DNA of 64,000 nucleotides from positions 3,997 through 67,996 of the IMG/VR virus record IMGVR_UViG_3300033148_007258; one strand, given 5' to 3'. Below are positions 15,882 through 25,776 of this stretch, one piece after another (position 1 is the stretch's first letter; each line of letters starts with the position of its first letter). The notes beneath the pieces are model-generated. The model was not told where the DNA came from and made no database searches. It was given only the letters and a program-made list of their open reading frames with translations. The position numbers were made by a program, and so were the translations under genes. This DNA comes from a virus.

Positions 15882-16395
15882 CAATAGATTTGTTCACCGT
15901 GCGGCAAGCGAGAAGGATATAGGGCTTTTAGTTTACAAAGCAATAGAATCAGACAGATTACTACCCGTACTTGACGAGTTCGATATTATCAGTCCGCCGA
16001 CTATTGATAATTTCATACAGCCGCGTGTTCCGACGGGTATGGGGTTGCCGTATTTCAAAGGGGCGCTTCGGGCGGTTTCTTTATATCAGAAACCGATGGT
16101 TGTGGGGATATTCGGCGTGTATGGACGGCGGAAAAAGAGCCGGAAAGCCTCCATGTTCGCAACGCTTATTGACGAGACACAGAGTGAATATTATGACGAT
16201 GCTCTGGAATATTTTATTACGTGGGTGTTTAATGAGCTTGATGTGCGGAAACTGAGTATTCGCTTGTTTTCCGATGACAACATGATCAAGGCTCTTGAGA
16301 AGCTGGGTTTTGAAAAGCACTATGAGAAGAAGGATATAAAGCGCAACGGCGTTTACGTTGACGTTATAGTAATGAGTAAAATCAATTCATCTTGA
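15859..16395 (+). CDS. GNAT (RimJ/RimL-like) fold protein
   Basis: W.FNEL.VRKL...N....LEKLGF motif. Confidence 0.65.
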   Translation: MIMEKKHSNRFVHRAASEKDIGLLVYKAIESDRLLPVLDEFDIISPPTIDNFIQPRVPTGMGLPYFKGALRAVSLYQKPMVVGIFGVYGRRKKSRKASMFATLIDETQSEYYDDALEYFITWVFNELDVRKLSIRLFSDDNMIKALEKLGFEKHYEKKDIKRNGVYVDVIVMSKINSS

Positions 16396-16446
16396 GGTCA
16401 CAGTTTATGATTTCAAAACAGAGCGTAAAAATGAAAGGAATTTAAA

Positions 16447-16653
16447 ATGTCAGAAGAATTAAAAGACCCCTGGGCGCATCGTTCAGAAGGTATGAAATGC
16501 CATACCTGTATGTGGTATGTTCCGAAATTTGCAGAAAAGCAAGTAGGAACAGAATTGGGAAGATGCCGCAGACATGCTCCTACCATGAATGGGTATCCGG
16601 TAGTTTTTCATAAAGATTGGTGCGGAGACCATAAATTGGATGAGAATAAATAG
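16447..16653 (+). CDS. Small Cys-rich protein
   Basis: CHTC, GRCRRHAP, DWCG. Confidence 0.65.
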   Translation: MSEELKDPWAHRSEGMKCHTCMWYVPKFAEKQVGTELGRCRRHAPTMNGYPVVFHKDWCGDHKLDENK

Positions 16654-16701
16654 TAGGTCATCCAAGAACTTGGATAATGATTTCAAAACAGGAGTAGAAT
16701 T

Positions 16702-16965
16702 ATGGCAGACAGAGATACAAGCATACCGGGTTATTACCTAAAGGTTGCGCCGGTACTGGCGCGGCAAGTCAAGGAGGGCAGCGGCGTTCTTGAGGGCGGC
16801 GCGTCGTTTACGGAAGGGGATTACATCGTCAGCAATCCCAGCGGTCTTGAGTTTGTAATGTCGGGCATTGAGTTTGAGGCGTTGTATGAGTATGTGGGCA
16901 CGCATGATGAATATATCGCACAGCCGGATAAGCCGATTAAGAAAGTGGCAAAGAAAAAGAAATAA
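16702..16965 (+). CDS. Small phage protein (LEG..GDYI type)
   Basis: AGGAG RBS; LEG...GDYI...F...YE. Confidence 0.6.
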   Translation: MADRDTSIPGYYLKVAPVLARQVKEGSGVLEGGASFTEGDYIVSNPSGLEFVMSGIEFEALYEYVGTHDEYIAQPDKPIKKVAKKKK

Positions 16966-17106
16966 TGAAGACGTTCATATTCAAGCCCCGTCTTGAGCGG
17001 GGGTTTTACACGCGCATACACCGGGTGAAGCGTCAGGAAATCTTGGACAGAGAGCATAAAAAAGAAATACTTGAAGCAATTTTAGACAGGGATGCGGTGA
17101 CGGGAA

Positions 17107-19287
17107 GTGGTGAAAACCAAGAAAAAGAAAGAGCCGAAAGAGACTAATTCCGCAAAAGATAAAAGGCTTCACAAGGACATTCTTACCGAAATACAGGCGG
17201 ACGAAACAGCCAAAGAGTCTTTTGAGGCGACGTGGTGGGAGTGTTTTTATTTTTATATCGGGCAGCAGTGGCTTCGCTACATCCGTTCTTCTTCCAACAT
17301 CAACATGCCCGAACCTGTCAATATAAGCTCCAAAAGCATCCTTCCTGTAACGAATCATATACGTGAAATCTGTGAAGTTTTGCGGGGGAAGTTTCTCAAG
17401 CGACCGAGTATTCCCGGCGTTAGTTCTATCAACAGGTCGATTGAGAATCGTCGCGGCGCCGAGGGCGCCGACCACCTTGTGAAATACCGCTATCGCATCG
17501 ACAAAGACCAGTCGCGGCGTGTTGAAAGAGACACTATGCTGCAGATGTATGGTAATGCGTTCATCAAGCTGGTATGGAACAAGGATTTGGGCGAGGAATA
17601 CCCCGTGCCGACGGAATGGGAAGAGATTGACGATTTACAACAGCTAACGGTTATGGTTTGCCAGTACTGCGGGGAAATCGGCGAGGACAGTTATGACAAA
17701 TGCCCGATGTGCGGCGGCACTGACATTTACCCGCGCACTACGGAAAAGAAAAACAAGAAACGGATTCCCAGTAAATCCGAATGGAAAAAGCGTGGCGATA
17801 TTGAAATTGAGCTTAGGTCGCCCTTTAATATTATTCCCTACAGATATGCAAAAAACTGGGAAGGTCTTGTTCATCTTACCGACAGGTCGGTACGACACAC
17901 TTCATGGGTCAAGCAACATTTTCCCGACATAACAATCAGTGAGGACGAGCTTGAATCCGTTGATTCGATTGATGAAGATGCGGATGTCGCCATGCTGGGC
18001 GGAGACGTCAGCAACCCGCCTGCCGTAGCCGCGTCCGGGATGGTGAGAATATATGAGCATTATAAGCGCCCCTGCAAGGAATATCCTAACGGGCTGGTTG
18101 TTCTGCTCACGAAGGGACAGATACTTTATAAAAAAGAACGGATGCCGTATTTTGACAACCTGCCAAAGAAATACATGGATTATCCCTATATCCATTTCAA
18201 GTATTCTATTGTGCCGGGAATGTTTTGGGCGCAGGGCGCTGTTGAGCCGCTTATTCCGATACAGAAGCAGTTCAATCAGCTTGACCGCCACATTATTATC
18301 TGGACGAAAAAGAGCATCGGGTCAAAGATAATTGTGACGAATGACTGCGGTCTACTCCAGAAGGATATTAGCGGTTCTGAGGGTGAAATCTGGAATTTTG
18401 ATTATAAACCGAACCAACCGGCGCCACAGATAATACCGGGCGTTGATTTGCCGATAGGCGTGTGGAAGCGGCGGGAGGATTTGAAGCTCGACATGTATCG
18501 CGTGAGCGGCGCGGAGCAAATCATCAGGGGGGAAACCGGCGCCGGCGAAGAATCGGGTATTGCTATAGGAATCAAGCAGGAAAACGCTCAGGACAGACTC
18601 TTGCCGATACTTGAGGGCATTGACGAACAGGATATTCAATACCACAGGCGCAAGTTGATGTATTTGCAGCAGTTTGCAGATTACGATCAGCAGATTGACA
18701 TTATCGGCAAAGACGGCAAGCCGGAAGTTGTGAGTTTTAACAGCAAGGATATTGGCAATAATTTTAATGTATTCATGGACACGGGAACTGGGGGCGTCCG
18801 GTCGCACACTATTGATATGCAGTTTGCTCTTGACCTTATGGATCGTGAGGTCATTGACCGGGTTGACCCGAAGATGCGCACCGAAATCGTCAAAAAGGCG
18901 GGGCTGCCGCAGTTTACCCCTGATTATTCGGATGACGAGAAGAAGGCTGAGCGTATTATCGACCGCCTGAAGGGCGGGGATTATAATGTGTCGCGGTATG
19001 AACCGATTAACCAGTTTGACGATGATGAGACTGTTTACCGGGTGTTGAGGTCGTGGATTATCAGTCCTTCATTTGAAGAACTGGTGAAAGATAATCCCGA
19101 ACTACTCGAACACGCCAATCGGGTATGCGGCGAATATTATGAACAAGTACAAAATGCTTTAGCGAATAGAATGCAAATGGAACAGGGAGCGCCTCCGGGC
19201 GGGCAGGCGTCGCCACCGCCGCAGGTTGAGGCTATGCGGGGAGGTATGCCGTCGCCACAGAGCGCGCCCCCTGTGGTCAGTATATAA
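17107..19287 (+). CDS. Portal protein
   Basis: 726 aa; position; FY.G.QW, YGNAFIK, PG.FW..GAVE.L..IQ..FN motifs; Pro/Gln tail. Confidence 0.85.
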   Translation: MVKTKKKKEPKETNSAKDKRLHKDILTEIQADETAKESFEATWWECFYFYIGQQWLRYIRSSSNINMPEPVNISSKSILPVTNHIREICEVLRGKFLKRPSIPGVSSINRSIENRRGAEGADHLVKYRYRIDKDQSRRVERDTMLQMYGNAFIKLVWNKDLGEEYPVPTEWEEIDDLQQLTVMVCQYCGEIGEDSYDKCPMCGGTDIYPRTTEKKNKKRIPSKSEWKKRGDIEIELRSPFNIIPYRYAKNWEGLVHLTDRSVRHTSWVKQHFPDITISEDELESVDSIDEDADVAMLGGDVSNPPAVAASGMVRIYEHYKRPCKEYPNGLVVLLTKGQILYKKERMPYFDNLPKKYMDYPYIHFKYSIVPGMFWAQGAVEPLIPIQKQFNQLDRHIIIWTKKSIGSKIIVTNDCGLLQKDISGSEGEIWNFDYKPNQPAPQIIPGVDLPIGVWKRREDLKLDMYRVSGAEQIIRGETGAGEESGIAIGIKQENAQDRLLPILEGIDEQDIQYHRRKLMYLQQFADYDQQIDIIGKDGKPEVVSFNSKDIGNNFNVFMDTGTGGVRSHTIDMQFALDLMDREVIDRVDPKMRTEIVKKAGLPQFTPDYSDDEKKAERIIDRLKGGDYNVSRYEPINQFDDDETVYRVLRSWIISPSFEELVKDNPELLEHANRVCGEYYEQVQNALANRMQMEQGAPPGGQASPPPQVEAMRGGMPSPQSAPPVVSI

Positions 19288-19419
19288 GCATTAAGCTCTG
19301 ACGCCGGGATGCGTCTACGGTTGTCAGGGTGCGGGAAGTGAATGCGTTACAGCCACGAACGGCTGAACTCGCAGATATGCGTAAATATCAACGTTAAGAA
19401 AAAGTTGTGGAGGTTAGTT

Positions 19420-20370
19420 ATGTCAGAAGAAACACCTACACCGGAAGAGACTCCGGCGGCAACAACAAAGACGAATGAGGCTCCTCAGGAAAAAGCGGGG
19501 GAGACTCCTGTCGATTCGTCACCGGCAGACCAAAAGGGCACAGAGAACATGGTTCCTCAATCGCGCGTCAATGAGATAACGGCAGAGAAGAATAAGTACA
19601 AGGAACAACTTGAAGCGCAGGCTGATTACGAGGAACTGAAATCGTTATTGCCCTTTGCAAAAATAGGACAGGTAGTAAGCAAACAAGCTATGTCCAGTCC
19701 CGAAAAACAGGCGCTCCTTGATTCTCTTATAGGCAAGGGGCAGACAGCGACACCGAAAACGTCACAGCAGGTAGAGCAGACTCAGCAGGATTTGGCGACT
19801 AAGTATCAAGAGGATATAAATGCCCTTGCGTTACTTGATGAAACCGACCCTGCGCGCGCCGTGTTGGAGAAAAACATCCAGAATACTCAAGCGTTGTATC
19901 GAGACCTGAGCCAGCAGAAACAGGAATTTGAGCGGCGCGACCAGCAAGCGCGTGAACGCGACGCCCGGCTGGTGAATGATGTGCAGGATTTGCGATTTGA
20001 TATAATATTTGAGCGGAAGATGAACTCGCCTGAGTTCAAGGATGTCGACCCGGAAGACAAGGAACAGTATCGCGAATATTGCACCAAACGCATCTGGGCT
20101 GATTACGAAAAGGCGCAGCAGATGGGCGTTGCTCCCCCTGACTGGGAAAAGAACATCCCGAAGTATCTTGCCAAAAAGAAGGCTGAGATTGAGAAGGTTG
20201 AAATGCGCGGCGTTAAGAAATACCAAGAGGCTGAAGAAAGAAAACGGCAAGCCGAGAGCGTTCCCGGCGGCGCTTCTTCAGGCGTTGATGTCAAGACGCT
20301 GCCTGCTGACAAGATTAAGGAATTGAGTTATCAGGAAGCCGCTATTGAACTTGCGAAATTGAACGAATAG
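19420..20370 (+). CDS. Scaffolding protein
   Basis: Acidic coiled coil with VPQSRVNE motif, between portal and capsid; GGAGG RBS. Confidence 0.75.
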   Translation: MSEETPTPEETPAATTKTNEAPQEKAGETPVDSSPADQKGTENMVPQSRVNEITAEKNKYKEQLEAQADYEELKSLLPFAKIGQVVSKQAMSSPEKQALLDSLIGKGQTATPKTSQQVEQTQQDLATKYQEDINALALLDETDPARAVLEKNIQNTQALYRDLSQQKQEFERRDQQARERDARLVNDVQDLRFDIIFERKMNSPEFKDVDPEDKEQYREYCTKRIWADYEKAQQMGVAPPDWEKNIPKYLAKKKAEIEKVEMRGVKKYQEAEERKRQAESVPGGASSGVDVKTLPADKIKELSYQEAAIELAKLNE

Positions 20371-20423
20371 AGCATAGAGCAAGAAGGTCGGGGCTGGTTT
20401 AATATTGAAAGGAGTGGTTTTAA

Positions 20424-21650
20424 GTGGCTGTTTTAAGACCAACAGATGTTACTGAAGCACTAAAACGTCAACAGGCGGAAAAAGCAATAGAACTGATGAA
20501 CACGAGCGCACCAACATTCGGACGGATTCCGGTTGCTAAGGAAAAAATACGCGGTAACGGTATTTATTTATCGGTTAATACCACAGCACCCTGGGGTTCG
20601 ACCGGCGCTCGTAATGTGGATGAAACTCTGCCGATTGCACAGCGTTCGGCGTGGCAGAACCCCATTATCACGGCTAAATACCGGTATACGCGGGTTCATC
20701 TGGCAAATCAGTTGATTGCACTGGCACAGAACTATAAAGACGCTTATGTTGTTGCGAAAGCCAATGCGGAACTCGCCGCCATGAAGACTTTCTACAAGCT
20801 ACAGAATTGGCATGTTTTTCGAGATGCTAAGGGTACGCTCGCAGTGGGGTCTGAATGTCCGACTGCAACAACCATGACCATGGCTTCGCCCGATTATACG
20901 CGCGGGTTAAAGCCGGGTATGCTTGTCGATATAGCGGATGCGGGTACGGAAACAACGGCAAATGTTGAATCTATTACCATCAGCACCATTGATCGTCCAG
21001 CATACACAGTAACCTTCAGCGATACATGCAACACAAGTTTTGCTTCGGGAGATACCGTTGTGATGCAGGGCGACCGCGATACGACCGCCACGAAGAATAT
21101 TTGCGGGTTCAAATCCGGGATTATCTCTTCAGGCACGTATTTCGGCGTCAACGTTGGAACGTATGAAGAATGGGCAAGCAACGTCAAGACCTTTAGCGGT
21201 ACGCCAACGCCCTTGACGGAAATGAACATGTTTGAGGTTCTTAACCTTATTGAAGCGAATACAGGCAGTGGCGAGATGAACCTTGAGCTGCTTTGCAACC
21301 AGCCGGTCTATAACGAGTATTATTTGATGCACGTTCCTGCGGCGCGGTACGAACAGGGCAAGGCTATTAAGGGTGGACATACCGGGTTATACTTTCAGGG
21401 TCATGAACTTATCAAGGATACTGACTGTCCCGCGGATGATATGTTCTTCTATGAACCGACGACATGGAATAAGTATGAAGTTCAGCCCGATCAGTGGGGA
21501 GATTCAGGAGGCAAGTGGCAGAGTGAATCGTTGTCTGGCAATAAGGATAATGTTGGAAGTTACTTCAGGAGCTATATGGAAGTCGCATGTAAAGCGCCAA
21601 AGAAAAACGGTCGCTTAGGCGACATTTACACCAGCCAGACGGTGAAATAA
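20424..21650 (+). CDS. Major capsid protein (HK97 fold)
   Basis: 408 aa after scaffold; ETLP, GL.F.G..LI.D.DCP, AC..P.KNG motifs. Confidence 0.85.
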   Translation: MAVLRPTDVTEALKRQQAEKAIELMNTSAPTFGRIPVAKEKIRGNGIYLSVNTTAPWGSTGARNVDETLPIAQRSAWQNPIITAKYRYTRVHLANQLIALAQNYKDAYVVAKANAELAAMKTFYKLQNWHVFRDAKGTLAVGSECPTATTMTMASPDYTRGLKPGMLVDIADAGTETTANVESITISTIDRPAYTVTFSDTCNTSFASGDTVVMQGDRDTTATKNICGFKSGIISSGTYFGVNVGTYEEWASNVKTFSGTPTPLTEMNMFEVLNLIEANTGSGEMNLELLCNQPVYNEYYLMHVPAARYEQGKAIKGGHTGLYFQGHELIKDTDCPADDMFFYEPTTWNKYEVQPDQWGDSGGKWQSESLSGNKDNVGSYFRSYMEVACKAPKKNGRLGDIYTSQTVK

Positions 21651-21723
21651 ACAAGGTTATGGGCGGGGGCGTTCCGAAACTTCGGGATAAACCCGCCCGC
21701 CTTTAAATGGTTGTGAGGTTGGG

Positions 21724-22344
21724 ATGGGAATATTCAGGATACCGGAACACAAGTTGCGGAGACGATATAGAAACAAGCTATATGAGCCGGATGAGCGTAT
21801 TCTTGAAGCGATACAGGTTGTTGACCCGTTCATTGATATTCGATGGGATAGAATGACGGGAAATTTTGCGTTTCTACGTTATTCTCCGGCATTCACTTAT
21901 CATGTGTATGACCGCGTAAATGCAATGACGCGGAAAATACATGTGCAAGAGAGTGTTAAATGGCTTGATGCAGTTCCGGTAAGTCAGATGGGAATGTGGG
22001 TCGTGGACATCGTGCCGCGTTGCGAGATAGATATTAAAACGTGGCAGATAAGGAAAGACGCTGAAGATGAACGCAAACGGGAAATAGCGGCGCGGAAGGC
22101 TGATGAGGACTGGTTGAATATGTACAAAGACGATGCAGACCTTTATTACGAGCAGGCGCGTGATGAGCACAATCTTGGTAAGGGGTCATGGCGGCGTGAT
22201 TCAGGAAACCGGAGAACCGGCGGTAAGCCCTGGCTTGAGAAGATGAGTTCCGCAGAGGTTGCGGAAGAAAGAGAAATCGCCGCAACGATTAAAAACATTC
22301 CCGGCGCGGGAGTGTATGTTAATACTGAAAGCGACAACAAATAA
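21724..22344 (+). CDS. Hypothetical morphogenesis protein
   Basis: Position only. Confidence 0.6.
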   Translation: MGIFRIPEHKLRRRYRNKLYEPDERILEAIQVVDPFIDIRWDRMTGNFAFLRYSPAFTYHVYDRVNAMTRKIHVQESVKWLDAVPVSQMGMWVVDIVPRCEIDIKTWQIRKDAEDERKREIAARKADEDWLNMYKDDADLYYEQARDEHNLGKGSWRRDSGNRRTGGKPWLEKMSSAEVAEEREIAATIKNIPGAGVYVNTESDNK

Positions 22345-22355
22345 CAGGAGGCAGT

Positions 22356-23012
22356 ATGGCAGTATTAGGTTATTTACTTGAACCCGGCACAGACCCGTGG
22401 CTGGATGATTATCCCGACGAACACGGGGTTCCGCGGTTGTTATTGGACATCAGACAAATTCCGCTTGAGTTATATCCGGGAAAGTTTTATGACATCAACG
22501 ATTCGGATGCCCGGTTGCTTGAGAGAGAGTATGGCGCACGCGGGCTTGTGGCATTTGAAGATGCGAAATTCAGACTGAATGTGCAAGTCATTAATGCACC
22601 GGATCAAAAAGAGTTTGATGGTTTTAAAAACCAGTTAAAAGCCCTGATATTGGAAGGAAAGATAAGGGCTTATGAGCGGTGGCTGGTTCATGTCGACCAG
22701 ATGGAGAAAACGCGGAAACAGCGTTATTCTGAGCGCCAGCAGAAAGCGCAGCAGAAAGACCTTCAGGAGGAAGATAGACCTCCGAAACTTGAACAGGCTC
22801 GTACTTTCATTCGGGAGCAGAAGATCAAGAATAAAATAAAGCAGTGGCGTGAACAATTGGCAAAGAAAGATTATTCAGGTGTTGTGGTTGGTGAGATTGT
22901 TCCGACCAAGCTGGCACAGTATTATGATGTAATGCCTGCACCGGCGAACGATTTCGGCATCACACAGACTGGCGCGCCGTCAGGCGCAATCGTTGAGCAA
23001 ATACGCATCTGA
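22356..23012 (+). CDS. Hypothetical morphogenesis protein
   Basis: AGGAGG RBS; position. Confidence 0.6.
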   Translation: MAVLGYLLEPGTDPWLDDYPDEHGVPRLLLDIRQIPLELYPGKFYDINDSDARLLEREYGARGLVAFEDAKFRLNVQVINAPDQKEFDGFKNQLKALILEGKIRAYERWLVHVDQMEKTRKQRYSERQQKAQQKDLQEEDRPPKLEQARTFIREQKIKNKIKQWREQLAKKDYSGVVVGEIVPTKLAQYYDVMPAPANDFGITQTGAPSGAIVEQIRI

Positions 23013-23028
23013 GAGGTATTGGTGTAGT

Positions 23029-23652
23029 ATGGCAAACAAGACAATGCAGGATTACATTGACGAGTCCTGGCTTTTGTTCAACAAACCGGCGTCGAGCAAT
23101 TTTTATACGTCGGCGGAAATGGTAAAAACCGTTGAAAAAGCGCGAGGCGCACTCTGGAACAAGGTACTCGATGCGGGGCAGAACTATGGCTTGACTTATG
23201 AGCCATATACGTTTGCGAGCGGGGAATATGAGAAAGACCTGCCGGATGATTTCCGCATTGGTATTGCCGCGTACAATTATTCTGATGGAACACCTATTGA
23301 GCTTGAACTTGACTGGAGCGCCGATTCATTTCCAGAATCGCTATATAAACTCAATAATTTTCAGTGGACTATAGCGGATGACAAGTTCAAGGTAATGAAA
23401 ACCATAACGGGCACGGTCAGGTTTTATTATTATCGAGATATCGTTGCATTGGATAAACTGACCACAGAGGACACGCAGATACCGCGCGTTTTGCAGGATG
23501 ATATTCCCATATATGTTGTCTGGAAGATGTTTGCCACTGCACATTCTCCGTCTGCGGAAATATATAAGAAGGAATGGGAGAAAATATTAGCTTCAGCTTC
23601 GGGGCGTGTTATGAGGGTTAAGAAACCCCGACTTATACGGGACGCAGAATGA
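23029..23652 (+). CDS. Head-tail adaptor-like protein
   Basis: Size and position; EKDLPDDF, FYYYR, IP motifs. Confidence 0.65.
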   Translation: MANKTMQDYIDESWLLFNKPASSNFYTSAEMVKTVEKARGALWNKVLDAGQNYGLTYEPYTFASGEYEKDLPDDFRIGIAAYNYSDGTPIELELDWSADSFPESLYKLNNFQWTIADDKFKVMKTITGTVRFYYYRDIVALDKLTTEDTQIPRVLQDDIPIYVVWKMFATAHSPSAEIYKKEWEKILASASGRVMRVKKPRLIRDAE

Positions 23653-23653
23653 T

Positions 23654-23845
23654 ATGCCGAGACGAAACAGGAATGCAGGTCAGCGGGAAACAAATGTCAG
23701 TAGGTGGGATTGGATAAGCGTGCTCTGGGTCAAGAAAAAGGGGAATAGCTCATTGCCGTCAGGGTTTCATTTGCCAGACCATTATTCTAAGAAAGGTAAG
23801 CACGAGCACAATAAACCAAAAAGGCAGAGTGACCGCACATCATAA
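23654..23845 (+). CDS. Small basic hypothetical protein
   Basis: Fills the gap between adaptor and nozzle genes. Confidence 0.45.
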   Translation: MPRRNRNAGQRETNVSRWDWISVLWVKKKGNSSLPSGFHLPDHYSKKGKHEHNKPKRQSDRTS

Positions 23846-25458
23846 TAGAGCGCCTATATAATACCAGTCAGGGTGCGAATCCCGACGAATCGCCGGTCAG
23901 GTTAATGTCGGAATATGCCGTGATGATGAAGAACATGGTGTATGATGAGGGAAACAATATTGTGCGGCGTCGGGGAATGCAGCGTATTACCGAGACTCCG
24001 ATATTTGATACGGATGCTGTGACGGAACTGCCGATTGATGCGCTGTTTTATACACAGACAGAAGCGGGGGACGGTCACTGGGTTGCTTTTGCAGGCACAG
24101 GTGCGCACGTATTCAACGAGACGAAGGGCGACTGGGACACCTTTGTACAGACGGGATTAACGGCGGGCTTGCAATGGTGCGGCGTTACATTCAACGGGAC
24201 ATTCATTGCAACCAACGGCACGGACAAGATGCAGAAATGGGCGGGCACGGTTGATGATGAAGGCGTTCCGACCGGATGGACGACGGTAGATGATAACGGC
24301 GAGGGCGGCTTTTACAGCAACATTCCCTATCCGAAGTATATAGCGGTTCATAAAAACCAGCTTTTTGCGGCGGTATACCGTGATACGGCAGGCGGCGAAA
24401 TTCACTATAATCAAGTACGATATTCACCGATTACGCCGACGGTAACACCGTTTCAAGACTGGGATGCTAATGATATTTTCAACGTCAAACTCAACGAGCC
24501 GGTTTCAGGGATACTGTCAGACGCCCACAGTGATGTTCTTGTAATAACATCGGTAAACCAGACCGAGATACTTACCGGCAGTAGCAGTGCGAACTTTGGG
24601 CAGGTTCTTGTTTCTGGCGACACTGGCTGTCTTTCGCAAGCGACTATGGCTAATACCGATCTGGGCTTAGTATGGCTTTCCAAGCAGGGTGTGGTTGTAT
24701 TCGATGGCAGCGCCGTGCAGAAGTTTTCGACTAACGTAGATAGATATTTTCGGGGATTCAATACAGACAGGTTCGAGTATGCGTGTGCCGCTTATTATCA
24801 GGGATACAACCAACAGAAGAAATGGTATCTGCTGAGCGTCACGCTCAAGTATGAAGAGGAGACGCTGGATTACAACAATTTCATACTGGGGTTTGATTTC
24901 AACAGGGATGCCGCCGCTTTTACCATAACCGGCTGGGATGCGGACTGTTTTGCGGTCGGGGAAAGCGAAAACAGCGACATACTCTATTTCGGCGACCGGA
25001 ACGGGCTTGTGTGTCGTGCGGACTATGGGTTTGACGATGACGGCAATCCTATTGATTCACAGTTGATTCTTGGGCCGTTCACGGGCGGAGACATGGTTTA
25101 CGAGAAGGCTTATCATAATGCGCACATACTGCTGGCGAACGTCAGCCCGCTTACGCTGAAGTTTACCTATTCAACGGACTTAGAGAACCTTGAGGATTCG
25201 GACGGGAACACGGTGTTGCCGAAATCGCGGAGCATAGATTTTACCGGTCTTGAGACGCCGGATTTATTCAACAGCGTGAAGTTTGACCAAGAAAAGGTGT
25301 GGGAGAATTACGCATTCAAAGAACATACGATTGCGCTGCCGCGGTTGACGGGGAAGACGTTGTTTTTAGGAATTGGCAATTCAGGCATTGTGAAAGATTA
25401 CGCAATACATGGCGTGCGCGTAGATTCGTATGAACATGGAATGTCGAGGGCGGTTTAA
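23845..25458 (+). CDS. Tail nozzle/stabilisation protein (P22 gp10-like); first ATG at 23905, possible ATA start at 23845
   Basis: N.....G.I.RRRG, NG.D.MQ.W, GC.S..T, WLS..GV..FDG motifs. Confidence 0.7.
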   Translation: MERLYNTSQGANPDESPVRLMSEYAVMMKNMVYDEGNNIVRRRGMQRITETPIFDTDAVTELPIDALFYTQTEAGDGHWVAFAGTGAHVFNETKGDWDTFVQTGLTAGLQWCGVTFNGTFIATNGTDKMQKWAGTVDDEGVPTGWTTVDDNGEGGFYSNIPYPKYIAVHKNQLFAAVYRDTAGGEIHYNQVRYSPITPTVTPFQDWDANDIFNVKLNEPVSGILSDAHSDVLVITSVNQTEILTGSSSANFGQVLVSGDTGCLSQATMANTDLGLVWLSKQGVVVFDGSAVQKFSTNVDRYFRGFNTDRFEYACAAYYQGYNQQKKWYLLSVTLKYEEETLDYNNFILGFDFNRDAAAFTITGWDADCFAVGESENSDILYFGDRNGLVCRADYGFDDDGNPIDSQLILGPFTGGDMVYEKAYHNAHILLANVSPLTLKFTYSTDLENLEDSDGNTVLPKSRSIDFTGLETPDLFNSVKFDQEKVWENYAFKEHTIALPRLTGKTLFLGIGNSGIVKDYAIHGVRVDSYEHGMSRAV

Positions 25459-25775
25459 TGGGCATTTCGCCGTTACACAGGATACACACGGGGCGCGCAT
25501 GGATTGACAGGGCGCTGAGTACGGTAGTTGATAAAATCAACGAGATGCTGAATTATGAGGTGTTGACGTGTACGTTTAGTGAAGCGAATACGGATACGGC
25601 GTTTATGCATAATCTCGGCAAGATACCGAACAGGTTTCATGTAATTGCCATTGAGGGGGCGTATTCATACGGCATTATCACAAAGGGAACGACTGCCAAT
25701 ACGAACATACGGGCTTATTTTCAATGCACGATGGCGGGCGTGACCGCTTATATAAAGGTGTGGCGTGAAGACTAA
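25458..25775 (+). CDS. Small virion protein
   Basis: HNLG.IP motif; TAATG coupling. Confidence 0.55.
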   Translation: MGISPLHRIHTGRAWIDRALSTVVDKINEMLNYEVLTCTFSEANTDTAFMHNLGKIPNRFHVIAIEGAYSYGIITKGTTANTNIRAYFQCTMAGVTAYIKVWRED

Positions 25776-25776
25776 C

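Noticed and set aside
23690-23835. Intron or bypass element interrupting the nozzle gene
   Set aside because: Some pairings exist but no intron motifs; coupling to an ATA start explains the frames more simply.
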